A stretch of 64,000 nucleotides of DNA. Origin: Bacillota bacterium. Lineage in GTDB: Bacteria > Bacillota > Sulfobacillia > JBFLWA01. The notes under the pieces were generated by a model. That model saw nothing but the letters and a program-made list of their open reading frames with translations, had not been told where the DNA came from and searched no databases. The stretch covers positions 134,713 to 198,712 of the forward strand of contig JBFLWA010000001.1 in NCBI GenBank assembly GCA_040758135.1, written 5' to 3'. A program made the translations under genes and the position numbers. Of the stretch, positions 54,265 to 62,958 are shown in pieces; position 1 is the first letter of the stretch, and every line of letters begins with the position of its first letter.

Positions 54265-55659
54265 ATGAAGGTTAGAGCATTTTTCCAGAAGTTCGGCGGG
54301 GCGGCGATGACGCCCATCGCCGTGCTGCCGGCGGCCGCCCTTATTATCGCTCTGGGCACGGTGTTACCGCACCAGTGGGTGGTAGCCCGGGGTTTCGCTG
54401 CTGCCGGGCAAGTTCTCCTCGAGTACCTGGGGCTCATCTTTGCCATCGGCTTGGCAGTGGGGTTCTGCAACCGCGAGGGTGTAGCCGGCCTGGCGGCTGC
54501 CATGGGCTACCTGATCATCAACGGCATCGCCCGGACCATGAATCCCGAGGTCAATATCGGCGTCTTGGCCGGTATTGTCGCCGGCGTCATCGCTGCCCTT
54601 CTCTTCCAGCGCTTTCACCGGGTTCGGTTTCCTGATTATTTCAGTTTCTTTGGCGGGCAGCGTTTTGTCCCCATTATCACCTCCTTTGCGGCTGTCTTGG
54701 TTGGCCTGGCCATGGGGCTGATTGGCCCCTATCTGGCTACCGGGCTCCAGACCATCGGCGACTGGATGGCCGGCGCCGGCGCGCTGGGGGTGGGTGTGTA
54801 TGGTGCCCTCGAGCGCTTGTTGATCCCCACCGGTCTGCACCATTTCCTCAATGGCCTCATCCTATTACTCCTGGGCGAATACGGGGGAGCCACCGGCGAT
54901 CTGGGGCGCTTTTTCGCGGGCGACCCGACCGCCGGCTACTTCATGGGCGGCGCTTTCGCCATCAAGGTCTTCGCCCTGCCCGCGGCCTGTCTCGCCCTCT
55001 ACCACGAGGCCCGGGCCGGCGGCCGGAAGGCAGTTAAGGGGCTGATGATCACGGCCGCTGCTACCAGCTTCCTGACGGGAATCACCGAGCCAGTGGAGTT
55101 CGCTTTCCTGTTTACTGCCCCCATCCTCTTCCTGTTCCACGCGGTACTCACTGGCAGTAGCTTCGTCCTCAACTATCTGCTGGAAATCAGACACGGCTTC
55201 GCCTCATCAGCCGGGGCCTTCGAGTTCCTGGTCAACTTGGGTCAAGCAGAACGGGGGCTGTGGATCATCCCCATCGGCCTCGGTTATGCTGCCATCTACT
55301 ACTTCGGCTTCCGGTTGCTCATTCGTCGGCTAGACTTGGCTACCCCGGGAAGGCACGCCGAGGAAGCTGGTCTCGATGCTGCGGAAGAACGGATGCGCGA
55401 CCTTCCCCTGGCCGAGCGGGCCCGGGAGATCGTGGCCGCTCTGGGCGGTACCGGCAATCTAGGTTCGGTGGATTCCTGCCTCACCAGGTTGCGCATGGTG
55501 CTGGAGGACGAGAGCCGGGTGAATGAAGCGCGCCTCCGGGAGCTGGGGGCGGCCGGTATTGTCAAGCTGGGCCCCGGCGTCTGGCAAGTGGTTTTCGGCA
55601 CCGTCTCCGATGCCCTGCGCCACGAGATTAAGGGGCTGCTGAAAACGGACGAGGACTGA
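54265..55659 (+). CDS. PTS glucose/maltose-family EIICB component
   Basis: 464 aa; EIIC membrane domain plus C-terminal EIIB 'GNLGSVDSCLTRLR' with the phosphorylatable Cys. Confidence 0.85.
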   Translation: MKVRAFFQKFGGAAMTPIAVLPAAALIIALGTVLPHQWVVARGFAAAGQVLLEYLGLIFAIGLAVGFCNREGVAGLAAAMGYLIINGIARTMNPEVNIGVLAGIVAGVIAALLFQRFHRVRFPDYFSFFGGQRFVPIITSFAAVLVGLAMGLIGPYLATGLQTIGDWMAGAGALGVGVYGALERLLIPTGLHHFLNGLILLLLGEYGGATGDLGRFFAGDPTAGYFMGGAFAIKVFALPAACLALYHEARAGGRKAVKGLMITAAATSFLTGITEPVEFAFLFTAPILFLFHAVLTGSSFVLNYLLEIRHGFASSAGAFEFLVNLGQAERGLWIIPIGLGYAAIYYFGFRLLIRRLDLATPGRHAEEAGLDAAEERMRDLPLAERAREIVAALGGTGNLGSVDSCLTRLRMVLEDESRVNEARLRELGAAGIVKLGPGVWQVVFGTVSDALRHEIKGLLKTDED

Positions 55660-55719
55660 TATATGCCTCCATTTCTGGCATAGGTATAGAGGTGAGGGTT
55701 ATCCAGGAAGGGGAGAGCT

Positions 55720-56781
55720 ATGCCGATACGGGCATCCCGGTTGCGCCGGGCGTCATCAGGCTACTGCCCCCAGACCACCAACACCACCCGCCTGTGCGCC
55801 GGCGACATCCGCCGGATGGCCGCCCTTACCTCCCAGCTGGTCTATGTCAGCCCTCTGGTGCGGCCGGCCGCGGTCGTATTGGTGCCGGATTTCGCCGGGG
55901 AGATAGCCTTCGCTGCCGCTAGCCTGGTCCAGGGGCCCAGCGCTGGGCCCCTGCTCTTCTACTCCCGGGATGGGCTGCCACCGGAGACGGCCCGGGAGAT
56001 CCGTCGGTTGCGCCCCTCGGGAGAAGGGGTTCCGGCACCGGTTCTGGTGGCCGGAGGCGGCAGCCGCTCCTTGTTTCGTTCCCTCGAATACCTGGGCTAC
56101 GGCTACCTGTCCATCGGTGGCCGAGATCCAACCGAGACCGCTGCTGAGCTGGCCTTTAGCCGGGCGGCGTTAATCCCGCCCGACGGGCGACGCTTCCGGG
56201 ATGCTCTGGTTCTGTCACTGGGCAACTGGTCTGACGCAGCCGGGGCTCCCGCTCTGGCCGCGGCTACCGGGTCGCCCATTCTCTTCTGCGGTCAGAATTC
56301 GGTGCCACCGGCCACCCGGGTGGCGGTAGAGGGGCTCGGCTACCCCAACATCCATGTAGTCAGCGATGGTCTGGGACCGGAGATGCGCCGGGAATTGGAG
56401 GACCTAACCAAAAAGAACCTCTCCTTTATTATCCGTCGTCCCGGGGAGTCGACCACTCTGGCTATGGTGCGGTACCAGTGCCCCAAAACCCTTTTTGGCT
56501 GGGGTACGGCCATAGTCCAGCCCCGGGCGGTCTGCCTCATCCCCGCCGGCCGGTGGGAGTATGCGGTGGCTGCTGCCATTGTGGCCTGCCGCGGCAAACA
56601 TGCCCCGGTCATCGAGATCGACGATGAGAGACTATCCCCGGAGCTGGCGGCCTGGTTGGAGGAAAACCGGAACCTGGACCATGCCTACCTGCTGGGAGGA
56701 ACAGACGAACTCGACCTGGTGCTCCAGCATCAAGTCGACATCGTGCTGGAGCGGGACGGGCAACGGTACCAAAGCCGGTAG
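55720..56781 (+). CDS. cell-wall-binding repeat (CWB2-like) protein
   Basis: Three repeats about 95 aa each ('...SPLVRPAAVVLVPDFAGEIAFAAASL', '...GRRFRDALVLSLGNWSDAAGAPALAAATGSPILF', '...CLIPAGRWEYAVAAAIVACRGKHAPVI') resemble the putative cell wall binding repeat 2. N-terminus/start uncertain. Confidence 0.5.
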   Translation: MPIRASRLRRASSGYCPQTTNTTRLCAGDIRRMAALTSQLVYVSPLVRPAAVVLVPDFAGEIAFAAASLVQGPSAGPLLFYSRDGLPPETAREIRRLRPSGEGVPAPVLVAGGGSRSLFRSLEYLGYGYLSIGGRDPTETAAELAFSRAALIPPDGRRFRDALVLSLGNWSDAAGAPALAAATGSPILFCGQNSVPPATRVAVEGLGYPNIHVVSDGLGPEMRRELEDLTKKNLSFIIRRPGESTTLAMVRYQCPKTLFGWGTAIVQPRAVCLIPAGRWEYAVAAAIVACRGKHAPVIEIDDERLSPELAAWLEENRNLDHAYLLGGTDELDLVLQHQVDIVLERDGQRYQSR

Positions 56782-56814
56782 TCGGCTGCCACACCGCCGC
56801 CCGTCGCCGTCCGG

Positions 56815-57258
56815 CTAGCTCTGTTCGTTGGCTCCCACCAGCCCCTGTAACTTCTCCCACAGCTCAGGATGGGAGCGCCTCAGGGCGACCGGCTTGCCCC
56901 GGCTGTCTATGAAGGTATGGGCCGTCTCGCCGGTGGCCAGCAGCGCCCCATCGGCCGAGCGAACCACCTCGTAGCGGAAACGGTAGCGGACTACCCCCGC
57001 CTCTACCAGGGCCGTCCTGACCACCAGTTGGTCGTCGTAGCGGGCTGAGTGATGGTACCACACATGGGCCTCGATGGCCGGAGCCAGCAGCCCCAGCTCC
57101 TCCAGGCGGCGGTAGGTAAGGCCCAGGGCGCGGAACAACTCGGTGCGTCCCACCTCGAACCAGACCAGGTAGTTGGCGTAGTAGACCACGCCCATCTGGT
57201 CGGTCTCAGCATACCGCACCGCTACTCGCGCCTCATGCCAGCGCTCAGCAGTGGACAC
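56815..57258 (-). CDS. acyl-CoA thioesterase (hotdog fold, YbgC/4HBT-like)
   Basis: GTG start 57258 with AAAGGAG RBS; 'VAVRYAETDQMGVVYYANYLVWFEVGRTE'. Confidence 0.75.
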   Translation of the reverse strand: MSTAERWHEARVAVRYAETDQMGVVYYANYLVWFEVGRTELFRALGLTYRRLEELGLLAPAIEAHVWYHHSARYDDQLVVRTALVEAGVVRYRFRYEVVRSADGALLATGETAHTFIDSRGKPVALRRSHPELWEKLQGLVGANEQS

Positions 57259-57378
57259 GGGCAATAGCTCCTTTCTTGAGGGTCTGCTCAAAGCTTCTTC
57301 CCCCGAAGACCAACCCCTTCCGCAACAGGAGGGAAGAGGAGAGCGGGTGCCGAATGGACTATTCTGGAGGTGTCCAAT

Positions 57379-58569
57379 ATGGTGACAAACGAGCATCCCA
57401 TTATGCGTCACATCTATCGGCTGGCGGTGGAGATCGGGCCACGTGGCTCGGCCACCCGGGCCGAGCGCAAGGCGGCTGAATACGTGGCGGAGGAGCTCAG
57501 GGGAATGGGACTGGAGGGGAATCTGCAGCCTATTCGGGCCATCCCCACCTTCTCCTGGCCCTACATGATTCTTTATCTATGGCCATGGCTGGCGCTGGCC
57601 GTCACTCTGGTCCAGCCTCTGGCCGGAGGAATCCTGGCCCTGGTCGGCGCAATTCTCTTCTTCGCCGAGCTCAACACCTATGAGCTGGTGGCTGCCGTTC
57701 TCCCCAAGTCCGAAGGCTACAATGTAGTGGGCCGGCGGGCGCGGCCGGAGGCGGGGCAGCGGGTGGTGATCATGAGCCACTTAGATTCCTCCAAAGCAGC
57801 TCTCAATTTTAGCCCCAAGATGGTACCCGGGTTCCGGTCATCTTTCATCATGATGGTCATCGCCGTGGTTCTCTCCGGTCTGCTGATCTTCGCCTATGGT
57901 CTTAGTGACTGGGCACCACTGCGCTGGGCGAGCCTGGTTCCCGCGGGCTACCTGCTGATTACCGTCGGCTTCCTGGTCCACCGGGAGTTCTGGAGCCGGT
58001 ACACCCATGGTGCCAACGACAACGCTTCCGGCGTCGGGGTGATGCTGGCTCTGGCCGAACGGGCCGCCCGCGGCGATGAGGAGCTGGAGGGGCTCGATCT
58101 CTGGTTCCTGGCGGTCAGTTCGGAGGAGACCAGCTCGGCTGGGGTGGAGGGGTTTCTCAGGCAATATGGCGGGGAGATGAAGGATGCCCTGTTCATCAAT
58201 CTTGACAATATCGGGGCCGGCCGGGTTCACTTCATGGCCGGTGAGGGGATGTTTCCTACCTACAAGGCGGATAGGCGGCTGCTGGCGCTCTGCCAGAAGG
58301 TCCAGAAGCAGCGGCCCGACCTGGATGTACGCCAGGGGGTCTATACCCTGATGACCACCGATTGTACCCGTATCCTGATCAAGGGCTACCGGGGCATCGG
58401 TTTTCTGGCTGTTGACGAGCGGGGACTGCTGCCCAACTGGCATTGGGTCACCGACACTTACGAGAATGTGGATCCGAAGACAGTGGAGACTGCCCTGGAA
58501 TTCGTCTGGGCGATGCTGGAGGAACTGAACCAGGCCGATCCGGGCGTCACTGACCGAGCAGTGCCTTGA
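57379..58569 (+). CDS. M28-family zinc peptidase with membrane-spanning insert
   Basis: ATG 57379 (GGAGGTG RBS); 'HLDS' and 'NDNASGVGVMLALAE' M28 metal-ligand motifs; about 4 TM between the halves. Confidence 0.7.
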   Translation: MVTNEHPIMRHIYRLAVEIGPRGSATRAERKAAEYVAEELRGMGLEGNLQPIRAIPTFSWPYMILYLWPWLALAVTLVQPLAGGILALVGAILFFAELNTYELVAAVLPKSEGYNVVGRRARPEAGQRVVIMSHLDSSKAALNFSPKMVPGFRSSFIMMVIAVVLSGLLIFAYGLSDWAPLRWASLVPAGYLLITVGFLVHREFWSRYTHGANDNASGVGVMLALAERAARGDEELEGLDLWFLAVSSEETSSAGVEGFLRQYGGEMKDALFINLDNIGAGRVHFMAGEGMFPTYKADRRLLALCQKVQKQRPDLDVRQGVYTLMTTDCTRILIKGYRGIGFLAVDERGLLPNWHWVTDTYENVDPKTVETALEFVWAMLEELNQADPGVTDRAVP

Positions 58570-58756
58570 ACACAGCGGTAATCGCGCTGGAGACCTTCGG
58601 CAGCTCGACTCCCAGAGCCAACAGGATCCCCAGGGCCAGGGAGAGGGCGGTCAGAGCCAGGAAGACAACCAGTTCCCGCCAGTAGCCCTGCCGGATGAGC
58701 CCAGGTCCCTCCAGCAGAGCGACGGTCAACCCGGCCAGCAAGACGAGGGCTATCAT
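58547..58756 (-). CDS. small 2-TM membrane protein, distal gene of the ger operon (possible 'D'-type subunit)
   Basis: 69 aa; two hydrophobic helices; start overlaps the stop of the B subunit gene. Confidence 0.4.
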   Translation of the reverse strand: MIALVLLAGLTVALLEGPGLIRQGYWRELVVFLALTALSLALGILLALGVELPKVSSAITAVFKALLGQ

Positions 58757-58757
58757 A

Positions 58758-59849
58758 TCAGGCTTCCTTCCGGGGGAGCCCTCGCACCATGGCCACCACC
58801 AGGGTCAGCAGGGGGATCCCCAACTGGAAAGGCAGGGCGTAGAGTGGCCAGACCAGGTCGGCGAAGGCGATGTTTTCGGCGACATTGTCGAAGTTCAGAA
58901 TGGCCAGGATAGCCATGAGTGTCCCGATGGGAGTGGCCAGTGGCCGGTATGATCGGAGCCCCAGTAACTGGGCGGTGCCCAGGGTGGTCCCGTATAGCAG
59001 TACGGCGACCTTGATGAACCCCATGGTCAATAGACTGGTGTCCACTAGGATCTCCAGCCGGGTGATGACATCCAAGACATCGATCTGTTGGACCGCAGTA
59101 TACGAGGGGTAAGTGGAGATAGCGCCAGTGGCCCCGAGGACGGCAGTATTGCGCGCGGCCGCCAGGGCCAGGGTAAGGCCGGCGATTATTAGTGCCCGGA
59201 CTACTGCCCCCTTGGCCCGCCGGGCGTTATTGAGGAAGGGGATGACCATCAGGAAGGCGACCGTCTCAGCGAAAGGAAAGGTGGCTGAGCGGTGGGCCGC
59301 CCAGAGCAGCTGCCCCGGGGGTGTCGCCAGGACCGGTTGCAGGTTTCGGAGATCCATCTCCGGAATCATCAGGGCGACGGTGAGAGCCACAGTGGCCAGG
59401 AGCAGAGGGACCAGCACCTCACTGCAGCGGGCCAGTACCTCAATGCCGTTGCGCGTGACCCAGATGCAGACCCAGACAATGAGAGCCAAGAAGGCCATGG
59501 GCGGGGTCTTAGGCATGCTCGTGATGGTGAAATAATCACTGAAGTTCCGGAGAACCAATGAACCCAGGTGGAAGAGAAACCAGAGGAAAGCCGCGGAGAT
59601 GGCGGTTCCTAGGAAGGGTCCATATACAGCCTGGCTGATCTCCACCAGAGTGCGGCCGGGGAAACGCTGGGCCAGGGCGAGATAGATCAGGGCAAAGGCC
59701 AGCCCCTCAGCCAGGCCGATAAGAATGGCAATCCAGGCATCTTGTTTGGCGGCCTGGCCGGGCATGAGCACCAAGGCTGAGCCAATGGTGAAGCCGATGA
59801 CCAGGTTAGCTAGCTGTGAGCCGGACATTCGGCCCTGTTCCAACCCCAT
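58758..59849 (-). CDS. spore germination protein B subunit (GerAB/GerKB family; APC-type permease)
   Basis: 363 aa; 10 TM; 'GSQLANLVIGFTIGSALVLMPG' N-terminus typical of GerxB. Confidence 0.8.
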   Translation of the reverse strand: MGLEQGRMSGSQLANLVIGFTIGSALVLMPGQAAKQDAWIAILIGLAEGLAFALIYLALAQRFPGRTLVEISQAVYGPFLGTAISAAFLWFLFHLGSLVLRNFSDYFTITSMPKTPPMAFLALIVWVCIWVTRNGIEVLARCSEVLVPLLLATVALTVALMIPEMDLRNLQPVLATPPGQLLWAAHRSATFPFAETVAFLMVIPFLNNARRAKGAVVRALIIAGLTLALAAARNTAVLGATGAISTYPSYTAVQQIDVLDVITRLEILVDTSLLTMGFIKVAVLLYGTTLGTAQLLGLRSYRPLATPIGTLMAILAILNFDNVAENIAFADLVWPLYALPFQLGIPLLTLVVAMVRGLPRKEA

Positions 59850-59873
59850 CCTTTACCCTACCTTTCTGGTGGC

Positions 59874-61043
59874 CTATTGGGGTATAATCGGCTTGGTAAT
59901 CAGCCCTACCTGACGGAGCCTGGTTTTGACGGTTATCTCCACCGGGAGCGAGGGAAAGAGCTCGGGCCACCGCTTCTCCCAGTTCTTCCAGGCCTCCGGA
60001 TAACGGCGACCAACTGCTGTCCCGAAGTCGAAGATATCGGTTCCCAGCTGCCGGGCCCGCACCAGGGCGGCCTCGATCTCACGGCGGATCGCCTCGGCCA
60101 TTCCCTTTTCCAGCAAAGCCAGTTGCTCCGGTTTGCTCAGGTCTTTCGGAACCATCTGATCGCCCAGATCTCCTTCGGCCGCCACGTCCAATCTCATGGT
60201 TAGCCTACCCCCGTCCAGGTGTGGGATTACCCTGCTTTTGGCACCGATTATCTCCAATGCTACCTTCCCGCCGCCCGGGCCAGAAATGACAATGATCCCA
60301 CTCCTGACCTCGCCAAGCACCCAGAGGAGTCCCCGGCTGGCCGTCTCGTCCAGCCTGCCCACCAGACGATCATCCCGGAAGACTGAGGTGCCGGAAAGGC
60401 ACACCCTCTTCTGAGCCCCCTCGGTGAAGACTGTAACCAGCGAGGCCACCGGCGCGGCCGTCGGACTCACCAGCCGCGCCACCAAATCCTGCATGGTGAC
60501 CTGTGCTACTGTAGATCGGGTCGCCTGTAGCTTCACCAGCTGCATGATGGCAATGGCCGGGATGGGGTTGAGCTCCGACTCGGCTTCCAGGACATCGCAG
60601 GCCTGCCCTTCGGCAACCAGCACCCAGACCGAGCGACGGGTCTCGTAGTTGCGGAGGAAGAAATCCAGCAGGGGCCTGATCCCCTGCTCGGCCGCGACCC
60701 GGCCAATGACGATGATCTGGTTGTGGGAGAACAAGAGCTCCCGGTCGGACACCGAGGCCAGGCTGCGCACCGCCTGAAAGACGGTTTCCCCGGCGCTACT
60801 GACAACCCAGACCGCTGGCCCCTGGGCGCCGCCGGCACCCTCTCCGGGCGCGTAGACTTCGGCTGGTTTGACTATCTGCGCGGTGACCAGCACCTGGCCC
60901 GGTTCATCGGCCAGATCTAGGCCGATCCCTACCACCACGGCCAGGTCAATCAGCTCGCGGCGGTTCCAGCACCCACCCAGCAATGGGAGGAGTAAGAGAA
61001 CCAGGAGGAGACAGGCGAGGTAGCGCGACTTGGGGGCCAGCAA
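59874..61043 (-). CDS. spore germination protein C subunit (Ger(x)C lipoprotein)
   Basis: Lipobox 'LLGGC'; 389 aa; GerAC-family. Confidence 0.8.
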   Translation of the reverse strand: MLAPKSRYLACLLLVLLLLPLLGGCWNRRELIDLAVVVGIGLDLADEPGQVLVTAQIVKPAEVYAPGEGAGGAQGPAVWVVSSAGETVFQAVRSLASVSDRELLFSHNQIIVIGRVAAEQGIRPLLDFFLRNYETRRSVWVLVAEGQACDVLEAESELNPIPAIAIMQLVKLQATRSTVAQVTMQDLVARLVSPTAAPVASLVTVFTEGAQKRVCLSGTSVFRDDRLVGRLDETASRGLLWVLGEVRSGIIVISGPGGGKVALEIIGAKSRVIPHLDGGRLTMRLDVAAEGDLGDQMVPKDLSKPEQLALLEKGMAEAIRREIEAALVRARQLGTDIFDFGTAVGRRYPEAWKNWEKRWPELFPSLPVEITVKTRLRQVGLITKPIIPQ

Positions 61044-61044
61044 C

Positions 61045-62667
61045 TTAGTCGCCCGACCCTTCGTCGGTCTTCTCGGCCCGATCCGGGGGAGCGGGACGCT
61101 GGAGAGCCTGTTGGCGCCAGGGGTTATGCCAACCGATAGCCCGGGGACGGGTCAGCATGGTCCACCAGGGCGCCCGGACCAGGACATCCTTGAGATCCTC
61201 CGTGCTGAGCGGGGCCAGGGGCGACAGGTACGGGGTGCCGAACGAACGCAGCGAGGCCAGATGGATGAGAGTGCCCATCAAGCCAATGCCAATTCCGAAG
61301 GCGCCCATGGCCCCGGCCAGGACGGTGAAGCTGAGCCGCAGCAGGGCGGCGGCATCGGCCTGAGCCGGGACAGTGAAGGAGGCTATGGCAGTGGCTGCCG
61401 TTACAATGACCATGGGTGCTGCGATAAGACCAGCCCGCACCGCCGATTCGCCGATGACCAGGGCTCCGACGATGCTCACCGCTTGGCCGACTGGGCGGGG
61501 GAGCCTGATGCCAGCCTCGCGCAGCACCTCAAACATCAGCCCCATTATCAGGGCCTCCAGGACAACTGGGAACGGGGTTCCCTCTCTGGCCACGGCCATG
61601 CTAATAAGCAAGGGGGTGGGGATGAGCTCCTGGTGGAAGGTGGTTAGAGCCACATAGGCCGGGGGCCCCAGCACGCTCATGGCGAAGCCAGCATACCTTA
61701 CCCAGCGCACCACCGTAGCGTAATAGGGGCGGGAGTAGTAGTCATCCGGACTCTGGAAGCTCTCAACCATCAGCATGGGTACAGTGAGAACAAAGGGGGT
61801 GCCATTGACGGCGATGGCCACGCGGCCCTCCAGGAGCTTGGCTACCACTACATCCGGCCGCTCGGTGTTGGCGACAGTGGCAAAGGGAGAAAAGGAATTG
61901 TCCTCGATATACTCCTCAATGTAGCCAGAAGCCAGGGCTGCATCAATATCAAGCTGCTGCAACCGCTGTCTTACCTCCTCCACCACCTTGGGGTTGGCTA
62001 CCTTCCGGAGGTAGATGATGGCCACATCGGTCCGGGTCTGGCGGCCTAGGGTTACAACCTCGATGGTGAGATCCGGGTTTCGTAGCTTCCTTCGCAGCTG
62101 AGCCAGGTTAATGTGGAGATCCTCGGTGAACCCTTCCCGCGGGCCATGCACCACCACCTCTGCCTCGGGCTCCTCCACATTCCGGCTCCTCCACCCCCGG
62201 GTGTCCACTACCAGGGCTTTCCCGGAGCCATTGATGAGTAGGAGAGTTTCACCGGAGACAATGGAGTGGGCGGCTGCGCCCACCGTATCTATTTGTTTGG
62301 TCGCACAGGCGGTGATAAGTCCGGCAGCCATCTGCTCCGGGGCTTGGGCAGGCGAGAGCCGACCTTCCTTTTCGGCCAACACCGACTCGACCATCAGGGG
62401 CCGCAGGATCTGGTTATCGATAGTCCCTTTGTCGACCAGGCCGCTGAGGAAGACCAGGGCCGCTCTGAGGTCCGGGCGCGAGCCGACAATGAACTCGCGG
62501 ATGGTGAGATCAATGCTCCCGCCGAACAGCTCCCTGAGGGTCTTCAGGTTCTCGTCCAGGCGAGCGGAAAGGGGCTGGCGCTCCTCCGGCGCGCCCGATC
62601 TATGCTTGGGGATCTGATGGCGGGAGGCGGACAGGAAGCCGAGTTTGCGGGCGAGTCGGCGGAACAT
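61045..62667 (-). CDS. spore germination protein A subunit (GerAA/GerKA family)
   Basis: GerA-family core with 5 C-terminal TM. ATG 62667 ('MFRRLARKL') with AAAGGGA RBS. A-C-B order as in gerK. The track start 62718 lies inside the putative promoter. Confidence 0.85.
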   Translation of the reverse strand: MFRRLARKLGFLSASRHQIPKHRSGAPEERQPLSARLDENLKTLRELFGGSIDLTIREFIVGSRPDLRAALVFLSGLVDKGTIDNQILRPLMVESVLAEKEGRLSPAQAPEQMAAGLITACATKQIDTVGAAAHSIVSGETLLLINGSGKALVVDTRGWRSRNVEEPEAEVVVHGPREGFTEDLHINLAQLRRKLRNPDLTIEVVTLGRQTRTDVAIIYLRKVANPKVVEEVRQRLQQLDIDAALASGYIEEYIEDNSFSPFATVANTERPDVVVAKLLEGRVAIAVNGTPFVLTVPMLMVESFQSPDDYYSRPYYATVVRWVRYAGFAMSVLGPPAYVALTTFHQELIPTPLLISMAVAREGTPFPVVLEALIMGLMFEVLREAGIRLPRPVGQAVSIVGALVIGESAVRAGLIAAPMVIVTAATAIASFTVPAQADAAALLRLSFTVLAGAMGAFGIGIGLMGTLIHLASLRSFGTPYLSPLAPLSTEDLKDVLVRAPWWTMLTRPRAIGWHNPWRQQALQRPAPPDRAEKTDEGSGD

Positions 62668-62700
62668 GGACCATCCCTTTCCGGCATGAGTTCTCACGCC

Positions 62701-62735
62701 TAGTATGGCCCGGTTCACTCCGGTACTCTCGCGGG
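62701..62735 (-). promoter_or_regulatory. forespore sigma-F/G-like promoter upstream of the ger operon
   Basis: Minus strand GAGTA-16/17nt-GGGCCATACTA (-10 resembling GG..A.A.TA / CATnnTA), about 34 nt before the ATG. Confidence 0.3.
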
Positions 62736-62958
62736 CAAGGTGTTCTGATGGCTACCAGCTGTCCTGGCCGGTCAGCCTCTCTACACCATGACCTGCTGGC
62801 CTTGGACGGTATCGAGAGTTAGCCGGGTCACGAAGTCCAGCCGATCAGGGTCGATATTCCGGTACCAGCGCTCCAGAGTGACCGCGGCGCGCCTGGTTCC
62901 TCCCGCCCCAAAACCCGCTGGAAGTTGACAGGCTATGCCCCTAGTATCTCCCGCCAGG

